Part shown: positions 10,074 to 19,537 of the stretch, piece after piece
How positions within the stretch are numbered: the stretch's first letter is position 1
Layout: every line of letters begins with the position of its first letter
DNA from: a virus
Taxonomy: Duplodnaviria; Caudoviricetes
DNA: 64,000 nucleotides
IMG/VR virus record: IMGVR_UViG_2912838376_000002
Span: 96,001-160,000 of that record
Strand: one strand, 5' to 3'
Translations under genes and position numbers: made by a program
Notes under the pieces: model-generated
What the model was told of the DNA's origin: nothing
What the model saw: only the letters and a program-made list of their open reading frames with translations
Databases searched by the model: none

Positions 10074-11699
10074 TCAGTCCCAACGATCAAGCTTGTAAAC
10101 TGCTGTTCCTGTTTTTGTTGTTACACGAACCATTGCGTTCCAAGTTGCACCGTATTGTAATCGAACACCACAAGCAGAAGCTTCGTCGTACTCTTCAATA
10201 GTTGCACCCTTAGAATAAGCTTCAAGAGTTGAGCGAATTTCACGTAACTCTGATTTAAGGATTTCTGGGAACAATGCATTACCAGCACTATTGAATCGAT
10301 TATCTTTTGCTCCATCTAGAATAAGGAATACTGCTTTTCCTTGATGAGTATTTTCGTCATACCACATAGACGGCTGGAATGTAATTGCAGTTACTTTTTG
10401 GTAGCCTGTAGATACATTCCACTTGCTAGCATTTGAACCACCACTGTACACATACCAAGAGAAAGGATTACGTTGCTCTTCTTTATCCCATTGTAAAATA
10501 GGTGGCGCATCTTCATATGAAGCTGTAAGAATAGCTGAGAAGTTATCAACGCTCTTAACTTGGTATTCAATTTCTTCTGCTAATGGAAGAACTGTTTCCA
10601 TGAACTTTCTCCATGTCATAGTGACAGGTGGTACATTCATTTTAGGCAACTCTTTCTTATCTTTTGATTGAAGATGTGAGAAGACTCCTCCACTGCTTTT
10701 CGCAGTTTCTGTTTTACCTTTAGGAGTCCATTCTGTTTTTAATTCTTCTACTCGTGCAAATCGACGACTTAAAGATTTTTGAATTCCTAATTTCTCAACA
10801 ATCTTTTCTGCTTGAGCAATGTTACCTGCTGAAGGAGCTGCTTGTGGACGTTGGTATTGTAATGGATGCATCTTTTCAGCAAATCGACGACTAACTGTAT
10901 CGAATGACATACCAGAAGCGATATCATCAAGAAGCGTTCCAATCATTGAACTTCTAACATGACAGAAACCTGTCGGTGCCGTAGCAACAGCTAACCAAAC
11001 AATGTTTTCTTTATGGCGAGAGTTTTTAACACTATCGCGTTTTGCATGTACTTCTCTAAACCATTCAGCAGTACCTAAGCATTTCTCTGAACGATAAAGA
11101 GATTCTGTTTTTAATAGTCCTACCGCTTGATCCACAACATCAACTGAATACTCCATTAATGCTCTGATAAGCATTTTAAAGTCTTCTAATTTCTCAGCCG
11201 TAACTTGATATGCAGTACGAATTATAGAACGATTTACTAATGTTTGAGGTAATGCGACAGATAAATGAGTCCATTCGCCAGTACGAGGAATACCTAATAC
11301 TCGTGCATCTGGAATGAATACGCCATTCACTCTTGCATTTAGTACAGCTTTTTTCATTGCAGAAACTGCTGGTGCGAAGAAACTTGGTGTAATATCTTCG
11401 TTCCACATTGCAGAATTCATAGTTCCATCTTCATCGATAGTAACAAGACCACCGAAACGATTAATGAAAGTACGACAAGCGTTACAAGTGTAATGCTGAC
11501 GAGCTTCTGCAGGTAGATTATTTAAATAGATTTCATACAATTCACCAACATTTGTAGTGAACAGTTTCTTACCTGATTCAATTGCCATATCAAAGAAGTT
11601 CTTTACGCTTTGTTCAAATTGAGGATACTGATCGTTATTGCTATCCTCTTTGTTATAACCATACCCATTTAAGCTCATTTCTTTATTCATCTTTAACAC
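10074..11699 (-). CDS. Large hypothetical protein with HYTCNAC motif
   Basis: 541-aa ORF with backbone-like codon usage. Confidence 0.8.
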   Translation of the reverse strand: MLKMNKEMSLNGYGYNKEDSNNDQYPQFEQSVKNFFDMAIESGKKLFTTNVGELYEIYLNNLPAEARQHYTCNACRTFINRFGGLVTIDEDGTMNSAMWNEDITPSFFAPAVSAMKKAVLNARVNGVFIPDARVLGIPRTGEWTHLSVALPQTLVNRSIIRTAYQVTAEKLEDFKMLIRALMEYSVDVVDQAVGLLKTESLYRSEKCLGTAEWFREVHAKRDSVKNSRHKENIVWLAVATAPTGFCHVRSSMIGTLLDDIASGMSFDTVSRRFAEKMHPLQYQRPQAAPSAGNIAQAEKIVEKLGIQKSLSRRFARVEELKTEWTPKGKTETAKSSGGVFSHLQSKDKKELPKMNVPPVTMTWRKFMETVLPLAEEIEYQVKSVDNFSAILTASYEDAPPILQWDKEEQRNPFSWYVYSGGSNASKWNVSTGYQKVTAITFQPSMWYDENTHQGKAVFLILDGAKDNRFNSAGNALFPEILKSELREIRSTLEAYSKGATIEEYDEASACGVRLQYGATWNAMVRVTTKTGTAVYKLDRWD

Positions 11700-11937
11700 T
11701 CTCCTGTTTTTGTTAGTTTTTGGTTTTATATATAATAGTGAATGATTCTATATCACCCAACTGAAATTCCTTCAATAGCTTTATGTACTTCACTTGTAAC
11801 ATCATGTCTTGAGTCACATAGGAAGGTTCCATTTTGATAAGTGGTGACTACACAAACCAGTCTCCCATCTACCATGAAATGATTTACTTCTGTAGTAATA
11901 TTACTCATAACTTTTCCTCCCATATTAAAAAAGGTAA

Positions 11938-11949
11938 GGGCGTTAGCCC
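11938..11949 (-). repeat. GGGCTAACGCCC hairpin, copy 1 of 7
   Basis: Exact 12-mer also at 18015, 25689, 30515, 45677 and 58973; variant at about 37821; extended stems differ but pair. Confidence 0.8.
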
Positions 11950-11956
11950 TCACCTA

Positions 11957-13063
11957 TTAAGCTGCTTGTTGGTCAATTAATTCTTTTACATCCATTAATA
12001 CGCCGAATAATCCATCTGCAGATGTTGATTTGCATGGAACAAAGAATTCATTACAAACTTTAGCAACGTACTTACTTGCATCATGACTATTTTCTTGTGT
12101 GCTAATAATTACATAGTCAGACTTAAGAATTTGAGAACGGATTCTTTGCTTATGTTCATCCCCTGTAAGATGAGTAAGTTGAATCTCTTCTACTCCATTT
12201 AATGAGTCTTTGAAGTCATTCATACGTCCTTCTAACCCTACTAACAGGATTTTTTTGTTCAGAAAAGGTGTTTTATCAAGTCGATCTATCATGGAGAAGC
12301 CCGATTCTGATTCAGTTGCATTGTTTTGACGATATGTTAATCGTTTTGACTCAACAGAAGTTGTTTGTTCAATTTCATCTGTGTTGTATTTATATGTGGC
12401 ACGGAAACTATTTGTAATGTTATTTGTGTAGAAACGGCCATCAATAATGTCGTCTTTACTAATTTTGAAACGTTGTGCATCTTTTTCATTAATATATAAA
12501 CATGCAGGTGATTCATTTACAAAAATTGCTCCGTTGTTTGTGCTTGTAACTACTAATCGTCCACTAATTTCCTCAACGATACCCATCTTAATTTCTGCTA
12601 AGCTAGGGTTCGGAACATTTTTCCGATCCACGATACGGAATTCATAAATTGGTGAACCATCTTGAAATTGACCTTTAATACCTGTTACTTCAACTTTATT
12701 TTCATTTTCCATAGAAAGCTTACGAACTAGTTCTTCTGGAATTGGATATTTTAATTCTTCAATTACACCGCCAAATGCTTTCTTAAGAAACGTAAATACG
12801 TGTCCAACTGGATATGTATCTACCACTTCTACTGGTTCAACAACAATTGCTTCCGGTGCTAATACTTCTGTTGGCTCTAAAACAACATCTGCTTCGACAC
12901 TGCCGCCTTCATAACTCATTTTGCTTAATTCTACAAGTTGTTCAATTATTCTATAATGAGGTTTAGCCCATTCTTCATATCTGTTAAAGTTTGATAATGT
13001 AACCTGTTGTAATTCATGAACCATTTTTGCTTTTAATTCTTCAAACATTTTATCTATATACAT
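11957..13063 (-). CDS. Protein with C-terminal DUF2325-like Rossmannoid domain
   Basis: KKILLVG...SDYVIISTQENSHDAS...AKVC. Confidence 0.65.
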   Translation of the reverse strand: MYIDKMFEELKAKMVHELQQVTLSNFNRYEEWAKPHYRIIEQLVELSKMSYEGGSVEADVVLEPTEVLAPEAIVVEPVEVVDTYPVGHVFTFLKKAFGGVIEELKYPIPEELVRKLSMENENKVEVTGIKGQFQDGSPIYEFRIVDRKNVPNPSLAEIKMGIVEEISGRLVVTSTNNGAIFVNESPACLYINEKDAQRFKISKDDIIDGRFYTNNITNSFRATYKYNTDEIEQTTSVESKRLTYRQNNATESESGFSMIDRLDKTPFLNKKILLVGLEGRMNDFKDSLNGVEEIQLTHLTGDEHKQRIRSQILKSDYVIISTQENSHDASKYVAKVCNEFFVPCKSTSADGLFGVLMDVKELIDQQAA

Positions 13064-13248
13064 TTTAATTAGTCCTCCAATTTATCTAGCAACTTATGAT
13101 GCTATTATACTTTTATTTAAAATCGAATTGTCTTGAATGACATAGATGTCATTTAAGATTCATTTAAGTTAGTTTTCATGTAATTGTTTTATAAATTCAG
13201 ACAAAAGAAGAACCGCCCACTTTTCTAGTGAACGGCCTTACCTTTTGA

Positions 13249-13494
13249 CTATAGAGCAACGGGCTCTGTTTGTTCATACATATTGTATGTTGTTACTTTG
13301 CTAGACATAGCTTCGCAGTAATCATCAAATGCTTTCTTACCCTCTTTATCGCTGCTAAATTTATCAGTAGAGAATGAAACTCCACGATTAATTTTCACAC
13401 CGCGACGGATAATGAAATCATCTCGCATATCAGCATCTTGAACGATACCAGATCCTGCGAAGTGTCCACCAAAGCTTGAACGTAACATATTCAT
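13249..13494 (-). CDS. Hypothetical protein
   Basis: 81-aa ORF with GAGG RBS. Confidence 0.6.
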   Translation of the reverse strand: MNMLRSSFGGHFAGSGIVQDADMRDDFIIRRGVKINRGVSFSTDKFSSDKEGKKAFDDYCEAMSSKVTTYNMYEQTEPVAL

Positions 13495-13575
13495 ATTCGA
13501 TACCTCTCAAGATATTACAGAATGTAGCCTAATCGAGTAGGAAAATATCATGTAGGGACTAATTCTGTTTTATTT

Positions 13576-14664
13576 TTATGCCGCAGCTTGTAATTCAGGT
13601 TTTGATGCTTCTTCCGTATCACCATAACCATCTTCATCTACACGTTCACCATCTGGAAGTTCAACTTCTACTCCACGGATTTTCGCTTCAAGTTCAGCAG
13701 CTAAATCTTTGTTTTCATGTAAGAAAGCAACAAGTCTTGCTTGTCCATTGAACTTAAGTTCTACACCATTATGTTGTCGAATTTCTCCAGTTTCTTCATC
13801 AATAATACGGTACCATCCACCATTTTTATGAATGATTTCCGCAAGAATAGCTACCTGAGCTACTTCGTCAATACGGTCTACACCATGTCCATAGATAAGT
13901 GGGAACGAAGCTTCCTTGAATGGAACTGCAATTTTATTTTTTACAACTTTAATTTTTACAATGTGACCAATAATCTCATTGCCGTTCTTAATGTATTCGC
14001 CCATCGTAACTCGAATACGTTGAGAAGCATAGAATGGTAATGCACGACCACCAGAAGTTGTTGTAGGTGTACCAGCTGGGCTGAATTTACCAATAGCTTC
14101 ACGGATTTGGTTAATGAATCCTACTGTACAATTGTGCTCATAAGCAATACCTGTTAACTTCTGCATTGTTGTACTCATAAAACGAGCTAGTAGACCCATA
14201 GTTTGTTGTTCAGCAGAAGATTCTACAATTTTAGTTGGAACCATTGCAGATACAGAGTCAATTGCAATCAAACGAACTTCACCTGAGCGGATAAGACTAT
14301 CAGCAATATCTACAGCATTTTCTGCAGTTTTTGGGTTTACATAGATTAATTTATCTAAGTCTACTCCGTATTGTTGTGCTAGTTCTTTGTTCATAGCATG
14401 CTCCATATCAATGAAAGCCACATAACCTTCATTTTTACGTTGAACTTCAGCTATATGAAGAAACATCAGTGTTGTTTTTCCAGCCATTGAGTTACCAAAG
14501 TACTCAATAATACGACCATTTGCTACTCCTCCACCTAAAGCTAAGTCCATTGTTAATGAACCGCTTGAGAAAAGTTTAATAGTTGGACCTGTATTAACCG
14601 AATAACCGATTGTATCTTCTCCAAGTTGTTTGTTGATTGTAGACATTAATTTTTCAATGCTCAT
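13576..14664 (-). CDS. recA: Recombinase RecA
   Basis: SGSLTMDLALGGG, GRIIEYFG..GKTT, FINQIRE, SGGRALPFYAS, VVKNK. Confidence 0.95.
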   Translation of the reverse strand: MSIEKLMSTINKQLGEDTIGYSVNTGPTIKLFSSGSLTMDLALGGGVANGRIIEYFGNSMAGKTTLMFLHIAEVQRKNEGYVAFIDMEHAMNKELAQQYGVDLDKLIYVNPKTAENAVDIADSLIRSGEVRLIAIDSVSAMVPTKIVESSAEQQTMGLLARFMSTTMQKLTGIAYEHNCTVGFINQIREAIGKFSPAGTPTTTSGGRALPFYASQRIRVTMGEYIKNGNEIIGHIVKIKVVKNKIAVPFKEASFPLIYGHGVDRIDEVAQVAILAEIIHKNGGWYRIIDEETGEIRQHNGVELKFNGQARLVAFLHENKDLAAELEAKIRGVEVELPDGERVDEDGYGDTEEASKPELQAAA

Positions 14665-14993
14665 TTATTGTCCTCCGTCGTGTTGTATTTTGTGAGAATC
14701 TCCTGTGCACGCACTAGGACTTCCACATCTTCATACAACCCGAACTGCTTTGCAGAGTCCCTTTCACTCCTAGCACGCTTTTCTACCTTATTAATAAGGC
14801 TTCCAAGATCAAGAGATTCTTCTTGTTTCATAGCTTGTTTAGTAAAGTATTCAAACTCCTCACTTAAACAAATAGAAATTTGTTCTACTGCTTCTTCATG
14901 CGGTAACGTTTGTAAATAAGAGTTATAAAGGCCCATCAGGAATTGATGAAGCCCTTGTTTTAACTCTGATCGTAATCGTCGTTGAGTACTCAT
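14661..14993 (-). CDS. Hypothetical protein
   Basis: 110-aa ORF overlapping recA start. Confidence 0.65.
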   Translation of the reverse strand: MSTQRRLRSELKQGLHQFLMGLYNSYLQTLPHEEAVEQISICLSEEFEYFTKQAMKQEESLDLGSLINKVEKRARSERDSAKQFGLYEDVEVLVRAQEILTKYNTTEDNK

Positions 14994-15023
14994 ATAATCA
15001 CCTCAAGAAACGAATACCCTACC

Positions 15024-15584
15024 CTAGAATGGTAGAGCATCGTCACTAATATTCACGCCACCAGCGAACATCTCAGGGTTGTATTGCCCTTGTTGTCCTT
15101 GTGGTTGGTATGGAGGTTGTTGGAATTGTTGCTGACCTTGTTGACCGTAAGGGTTTTGACCTTGGAACTGCTGTTGCTGTCCTGGTGGTTGGTATGGGTT
15201 TTGTCCCTGGAATTGTTGTTGCTGTTGGAACTGTTGTTGACCTTGTTGTTGGAATTGCTGTTGTTGGCCGCCATTACCTTGTCCACCGTCATTATTAGAA
15301 GAAAGGAATTTGATTTGGTCTGCACGAAGCTCCCAATATGTTGTTTTATCCTTTTTAGAAGACTTCATCTTACCTTCTACTAATACTAAAGAACCCTTTT
15401 TAGTGTACTGTTGTACGTTTTCACCTAATTTACCCCAAGCTGATACATTAAAGAAATCGGTAGTTTTCTTATCTCCGAATCCGTCATCTACTGCGATAGC
15501 AAAACGACAAACTTTGTTTTCACCATATGTTTCACTCTCAGGATCACGAGTTAAACGACCTACTGCTACTTGTTTTTGATACAT
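15024..15584 (-). CDS. ssb: Single-stranded DNA-binding protein with Q-rich linker
   Basis: GRLTRDPE, TDFFNVSAWGK, KGSLVLVEG, acidic DDALPF tip. Confidence 0.95.
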   Translation of the reverse strand: MYQKQVAVGRLTRDPESETYGENKVCRFAIAVDDGFGDKKTTDFFNVSAWGKLGENVQQYTKKGSLVLVEGKMKSSKKDKTTYWELRADQIKFLSSNNDGGQGNGGQQQQFQQQGQQQFQQQQQFQGQNPYQPPGQQQQFQGQNPYGQQGQQQFQQPPYQPQGQQGQYNPEMFAGGVNISDDALPF

Positions 15585-15605
15585 AATAAATTACCTCCGG
15601 ATTTT

Positions 15606-16106
15606 TTAATTTGATATATATGTTTCATTCGCTACATAGTCATGAAGCGGTTTTAACAACGAAAATACAGCGTCTTTGTTAGACATCTTCTTCTCTTTAA
15701 AATCTTGAACAAACTCTACTTCGATTAAAGAGACTCCTTCATTACATGCAGTCGCTGCGCTTAACTCATTTGCGAGTTTTTCTTGAGCGAATTTAATTTG
15801 TTCCACTGAAGGGTAAGGCATTGCTGAAGAACATCTGCTATAGATGTAGTTCCTGCACCCAACAGCACAAACATAATCTCGATCGTAATGATTTTCTTCA
15901 TATTTAATACCTAACTTCTCAAGCGTAGGAATTAATGATTTTGGTACATTCGCCCCAGTCGTTCTTTCACGCCGGTTATGAATGTATAAAGCTTTGAATT
16001 CAATAATGTACTTATCACGACCATAACGATGATTCGAATAGTCATAACGTGGTTCATGATAAGTAAACAAGATGCTTCCAACGCTCAATTTCTTATGCAT
16101 TGCCAT
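15606..16106 (-). CDS. Hypothetical protein
   Basis: 166-aa ORF. Confidence 0.65.
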   Translation of the reverse strand: MAMHKKLSVGSILFTYHEPRYDYSNHRYGRDKYIIEFKALYIHNRRERTTGANVPKSLIPTLEKLGIKYEENHYDRDYVCAVGCRNYIYSRCSSAMPYPSVEQIKFAQEKLANELSAATACNEGVSLIEVEFVQDFKEKKMSNKDAVFSLLKPLHDYVANETYISN

Positions 16107-16119
16107 CGCTATATCACCC

Positions 16120-16704
16120 CTATTGTTTCTGAGTAGATTTAGATTCTCTTCTTATTTTGTTGTAGCAGCGGCGACAAACACTTGAGTATGACTCATTGCC
16201 ACCTACCTGTACGACTTCTCCCTCAAAGACAGGAATGCTGTTTATTAAACGCACATTTCGATTTGCTTTGTTCTCACAATGAATGCATTGGTTCTTAATT
16301 TCACGAATACTATCTGCTGATTCCACTAATCGTTTACTTCCTTCGAATAGCTGACCTTGGAAATCTGTCATTAACCCATAAGCAATAACGTTAATCCCAA
16401 AATCATCTGCTAAATGTGAAAGTGTATCGATCATATCCTTGTCCATGAATTGAACTTCATCTACAAATAACCAGTCAGGTTTTTTCAGCATTGCTATCTG
16501 AATTAACTCCGTGAAATGAGTAATTGGTGTACAATCCATCTCAATACTTAGGGCACGAGACTTAATCTTTGTATCCCTTGTATCCTGAGAACTCTTGACG
16601 ATCTCGAAGTTCTTTCCTTGTTGTTCGAAATTAAATGCGGTCATAATCAACTGTGCTGACTTTGAGCTGTTCATGCTTCCGTAATAAAAAACTACCTTGG
16701 CCAT
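16120..16704 (-). CDS. tdk: Thymidine kinase
   Basis: YGSMNSSKS, VDEVQF, YGLMTDFQGQLFEGS, Zn-binding Cys pairs. Confidence 0.95.
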   Translation of the reverse strand: MAKVVFYYGSMNSSKSAQLIMTAFNFEQQGKNFEIVKSSQDTRDTKIKSRALSIEMDCTPITHFTELIQIAMLKKPDWLFVDEVQFMDKDMIDTLSHLADDFGINVIAYGLMTDFQGQLFEGSKRLVESADSIREIKNQCIHCENKANRNVRLINSIPVFEGEVVQVGGNESYSSVCRRCYNKIRRESKSTQKQ

Positions 16705-16729
16705 TTAGACCCTCTCCCTCTTACTAAAA

Positions 16730-17170
16730 TCAATGTTGTTTTGTTGATCCAATCTTATTTAGGCGTTGCTCTTCAGCAATCAGAATGTGTGTCCAATTCT
16801 TTTCATACGTTTTTAAGAAGTCAAAATACGCTTTCTGTTCATCGGAGGTTGGAGTAAGTTCAAAGATATGAACTAAAGCATTAATCACATCAAGAGACTC
16901 TTCTTTATTGTCATCATTGAAGACAAATAAAAAGTGCGTTTCTCCCTGCTCTATCTTCATCTGCAATGCTGTTAAAAGCAGACTAGCGACAGTTTTTTCA
17001 CTAGCATTCGGGAAGAGACGCCTACATGTTTCGATTGAAATATGATTATCGTTAGTAAAGTCATCGTCTTTGAAAATAGAAGTATCTTTTAAGTCTGTTA
17101 CCGCTAAAATAAAATGATTTCGATGAAATGCAGTTAAGTTGCTTTCATGAATTGTTGATAAATTGATCAA
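16730..17170 (-). CDS. Hypothetical protein
   Basis: 146-aa ORF, TTG start, GAGGAG RBS. Confidence 0.6.
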   Translation of the reverse strand: MINLSTIHESNLTAFHRNHFILAVTDLKDTSIFKDDDFTNDNHISIETCRRLFPNASEKTVASLLLTALQMKIEQGETHFLFVFNDDNKEESLDVINALVHIFELTPTSDEQKAYFDFLKTYEKNWTHILIAEEQRLNKIGSTKQH

Positions 17171-17188
17171 TTAAATAACTCCTCTCAG

Positions 17189-17217
17189 AACGTAAGCACT
17201 TAAAAATTAAAAATCAA
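17189..17217 (-). promoter_or_regulatory. Promoter TTGATT-N17-TACGTT
   Basis: AAGTGCTTACGTT; lies upstream of the tdk-ssb-recA run. Confidence 0.6.
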
Positions 17218-17383
17218 GACAAAAAGAGCCTTCTCAAGTAGTTTTTTCTACAAGAAAAGGCTCCTTATATAAAACAAAAAAACCGCTACATTTAGCGGTT
17301 CTCCGTATCCCTTTTTAAGTGTAGAGATAAACACGTTTCGTAACAAATTTAAATGTAATTTGAGGGAGAGAATTATTATTATA

Positions 17384-17472
17384 TGGCAGAGAGGACGAGA
17401 TTCGAACTCGCGCACGTTTTACCGCCTACTCCCTTAGCAGGGGAGCCCCTTAAGCCACTTGGGTACCTCTCT
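17384..17472 (-). tRNA. tRNA-Ser(GCT)
   Basis: Cloverleaf, long variable arm, encoded CCA. Confidence 0.95.
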
Positions 17473-17612
17473 GTAGTATTATGGTTGCATTAGTTACCTA
17501 GAACTAGTTCATATCCTAACCAGTAAATAGTTGTTGTATTTCTAGTCTTATAAACTCTAGGGATTAAGTTGTTAAAGAATGACTTCAACTAATATCACCT
17601 CTAATATAATTC

Positions 17613-17687
17613 TGGTGAAGGTGGTGGGGAATTGACCCCACGGTCTCTGCTCTTTACCAGTCAGTCTCCAATTTCCGGTTCACCTTC
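17613..17687 (-). tRNA. Atypical tRNA-like RNA, anticodon undefined
   Basis: GAAGGTG/CACCTTC acceptor plus ACCA and a T-arm-like hairpin; anticodon arm non-canonical. Confidence 0.55.
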
Positions 17688-17696
17688 ATATATAAT

Positions 17697-17770
17697 TGGC
17701 AGGAGCAGTAGGAATCGAACCCACAACGGAGGTTTTGGAGACCTCTGTTTTACCTTTAAACTATACTCCT
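17697..17770 (-). tRNA. tRNA-Trp(CCA)
   Basis: Cloverleaf, loop CTCCAAA, encoded CCA. Confidence 0.95.
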
Positions 17771-17773
17771 ATG

Positions 17774-17860
17774 TGGTGGGAAAGGCAGGACTTGAACCTG
17801 CAATGTATCTTACGTCACGGTTTTACAGACCGCTTGCTTCACCAATTTGCATACTCGCCC
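17774..17860 (-). tRNA. tRNA-Tyr(GTA)
   Basis: Loop CTGTAAA, long variable arm, CCA. Confidence 0.9.
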
Positions 17861-17874
17861 ATATATAATATGAG

Positions 17875-18004
17875 TAGAACAATCAACAACTCACAGCTTA
17901 TCTTTCAGCGTAGTTTGTAGCAGACTGATCACCTACGCTTATTCAATACCCTAATTTATTCATACAAAGTCTGCACCACGAGGTCCTCGTATGAATTTGT
18001 TCTA
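17875..18004 (-). ncRNA. Candidate structured RNA with loop-loop complementarity
   Basis: Closing stem TAGAACAA/TTGTTCTA; two inner hairpins whose loops carry GCAGACT and AGTCTGC. Confidence 0.45.
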
Positions 18005-18179
18005 AAAAGGTTGAGGGCGTTAGCCCTCGTTGGTGTCATACATGTGTGTGTGAAAAATAATGTGAGTAGAGCATCGGAATACTTCTACTCTGTTCGCTAA
18101 GGAACGTAAAAACAATGTGTGTCCTGTTAACTGTACGCCTCCGAAGGGACACTTCTTTTAAGGGGAGACGCACAGCAGA

Positions 18180-18253
18180 TGCCGATGATAGGACTCGAAC
18201 CTACAACCTCCTGATTACAAGTCAGGCGCACTAGCCAATTGTGCTACACCGGC
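18180..18253 (-). tRNA. tRNA-Thr(TGT)
   Basis: Loop CTTGTAA; no encoded CCA. Confidence 0.95.
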
Positions 18254-18262
18254 ATATAAAAA

Positions 18263-18339
18263 TGGCGAGGGTGACGGGACTCGAACCCGCGACCTCTTGC
18301 GTGACAGGCAAGCGAACACTCCAACTGTTCTACACCCCC
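18263..18339 (-). tRNA. tRNA-Asp(GTC)
   Basis: Loop CTGTCAC, CCA. Confidence 0.95.
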
Positions 18340-18370
18340 ATAATAGAGGGGCCTAAGCCCCTGTTTGATA

Positions 18371-18916
18371 TTAGTGATACAATGATTTGTGTACAGACAA
18401 GATATTAATCTTATCTTCTTCTGTGATAAGACCTTTTGCAAATGCATCTTCTACATGTTGATCTGTAGCATGCCAGTAGAATCGTGCGCTCGCTAAGTAG
18501 CGTACAATATCAAATGAAGTTCCAGTTACTCCATGCAAAGTTGCTTGCGTTTTGTCTATGTCGTAATGTTGAGAACGAGGACCAGATGCACCAACTAAGT
18601 AATGTCCATCTAGCATTTCTTGTGTAATTAAGTCGCCTACTTTGATCGTAGACAGGTCTCCTTGATAAGTCCCTCGCTGCAATTTATTCCCCGAAAGGTT
18701 TGTATAACTTGCACCTAGTCGCACATGAGGTACGAATTGATTAGCATATTCATCATAAACTTGTTCAGGGTATGAAGGCATCTGCCAATCTTGCACCATA
18801 GGATTTTGATTAAAATCATACTCATAGCGCCAAGGAATCTCAATTCGCTTTGTAATTACTTTCGTTTCTCGATCATACTCTAGCACTAAATCATAAAGGT
18901 TTGTCAATAATATCAA
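18371..18916 (-). CDS. Hypothetical protein inside tRNA array with XkdX-like C-terminus
   Basis: 181-aa ORF, AGGAG RBS; ends VEDAFAKGLITEEDKINIL. Confidence 0.65.
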   Translation of the reverse strand: MILLTNLYDLVLEYDRETKVITKRIEIPWRYEYDFNQNPMVQDWQMPSYPEQVYDEYANQFVPHVRLGASYTNLSGNKLQRGTYQGDLSTIKVGDLITQEMLDGHYLVGASGPRSQHYDIDKTQATLHGVTGTSFDIVRYLASARFYWHATDQHVEDAFAKGLITEEDKINILSVHKSLYH

Positions 18917-18955
18917 ACTCCTTCTAGTTGTATTAGAAACTTATAAAAGTTCTAA

Positions 18956-19028
18956 CGCCCCTACCAGGATTCGAACCTGGACTCTAAGCTTAGAAGGTTC
19001 ATGTGCTATCCTATTACACCATAGGGGC
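18956..19028 (-). tRNA. tRNA-Arg(TCT)
   Basis: Loop CTTCTAA, GTTCGAATC T-arm. Confidence 0.9.
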
Positions 19029-19057
19029 AAAGTGAAACACCTAAACATAAACAAAAG

Positions 19058-19131
19058 TCCGGATGACACGATTCGAACATGCGACCCCTTGCTCCCAAAG
19101 CAAGTGCTCTACCAAGCTGAGCTACATCCGG
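19058..19131 (-). tRNA. tRNA-Pro(TGG)
   Basis: Loop TTTGGGA. Confidence 0.9.
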
Positions 19132-19135
19132 ATGA

Positions 19136-19211
19136 TGGTGGAACTGACAGGACTTGAACCTGCGACATCCTGCGTGCAAGGCAGGCGCTCTCCCAGCTGA
19201 GCTACAATCCC
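19136..19211 (-). tRNA. tRNA-Ala(TGC)
   Basis: Loop CTTGCAC, CCA. Confidence 0.9.
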
Positions 19212-19215
19212 AAGA

Positions 19216-19289
19216 CGGGTTTTACTAGGATTCGAACCTAGGAATTCTGTGGCCATTCAGTGCACCAACCTCTTCTTGCTTTAAAACCC
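19216..19289 (-). tRNA. Atypical tRNA-like RNA
   Basis: GGGTTTT/AAAACCC acceptor, perfect CTAGG-TTCGAAT-CCTAG T-arm, aberrant D and anticodon arms. Confidence 0.55.
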
Positions 19290-19299
19290 ATAATATAAT

Positions 19300-19374
19300 T
19301 GGCTGGGAATGATAGATTCGAACTACCGCATCAGAGAGTCAAAGTCCCTTGCCTTACCGCTTGGCTAATTCCCA
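19300..19374 (-). tRNA. tRNA-Gln(TTG)
   Basis: Loop CTTTGAC, CCA. Confidence 0.95.
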
Positions 19375-19384
19375 ATATAATAAA

Positions 19385-19458
19385 TGGCTCTTGATTGACT
19401 CGAACAATCGACTTCTACCTTATGAGGGTAGCGCTCTAACCAACTGAGCTAAAGAGCC
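19385..19458 (-). tRNA. tRNA with CAT anticodon (Met elongator or Ile2)
   Basis: Loop CTCATAA. Confidence 0.85.
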
Positions 19459-19461
19459 AGG

Positions 19462-19536
19462 CACCGAAGGCAGGAGTCGAACCTACACGCCACCGATTGT
19501 TACATCGTTGAGTCTGCCTGTTGAACTTACTTCGGT
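19462..19536 (-). tRNA. Atypical tRNA-like RNA
   Basis: ACCGAAG/CTTCGGT acceptor, GTAGG-TTCGACT-CCTGC T-arm, non-canonical CGAT-GTAACA-ATCG anticodon arm. Confidence 0.55.
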
Positions 19537-19537
19537 A

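Noticed and set aside
11753-11953. 66-aa ORF starting inside the hairpin
   Set aside because: Start overlaps the repeat hairpin; a shorter MSNITT ORF behind GGAGG may be real but has no other support
15053-15579. Alternative-frame and antisense ORFs over ssb, and similar plus-strand ORFs opposite backbone genes
   Set aside because: Products of low-complexity repeats and codon bias; no RBS or motifs
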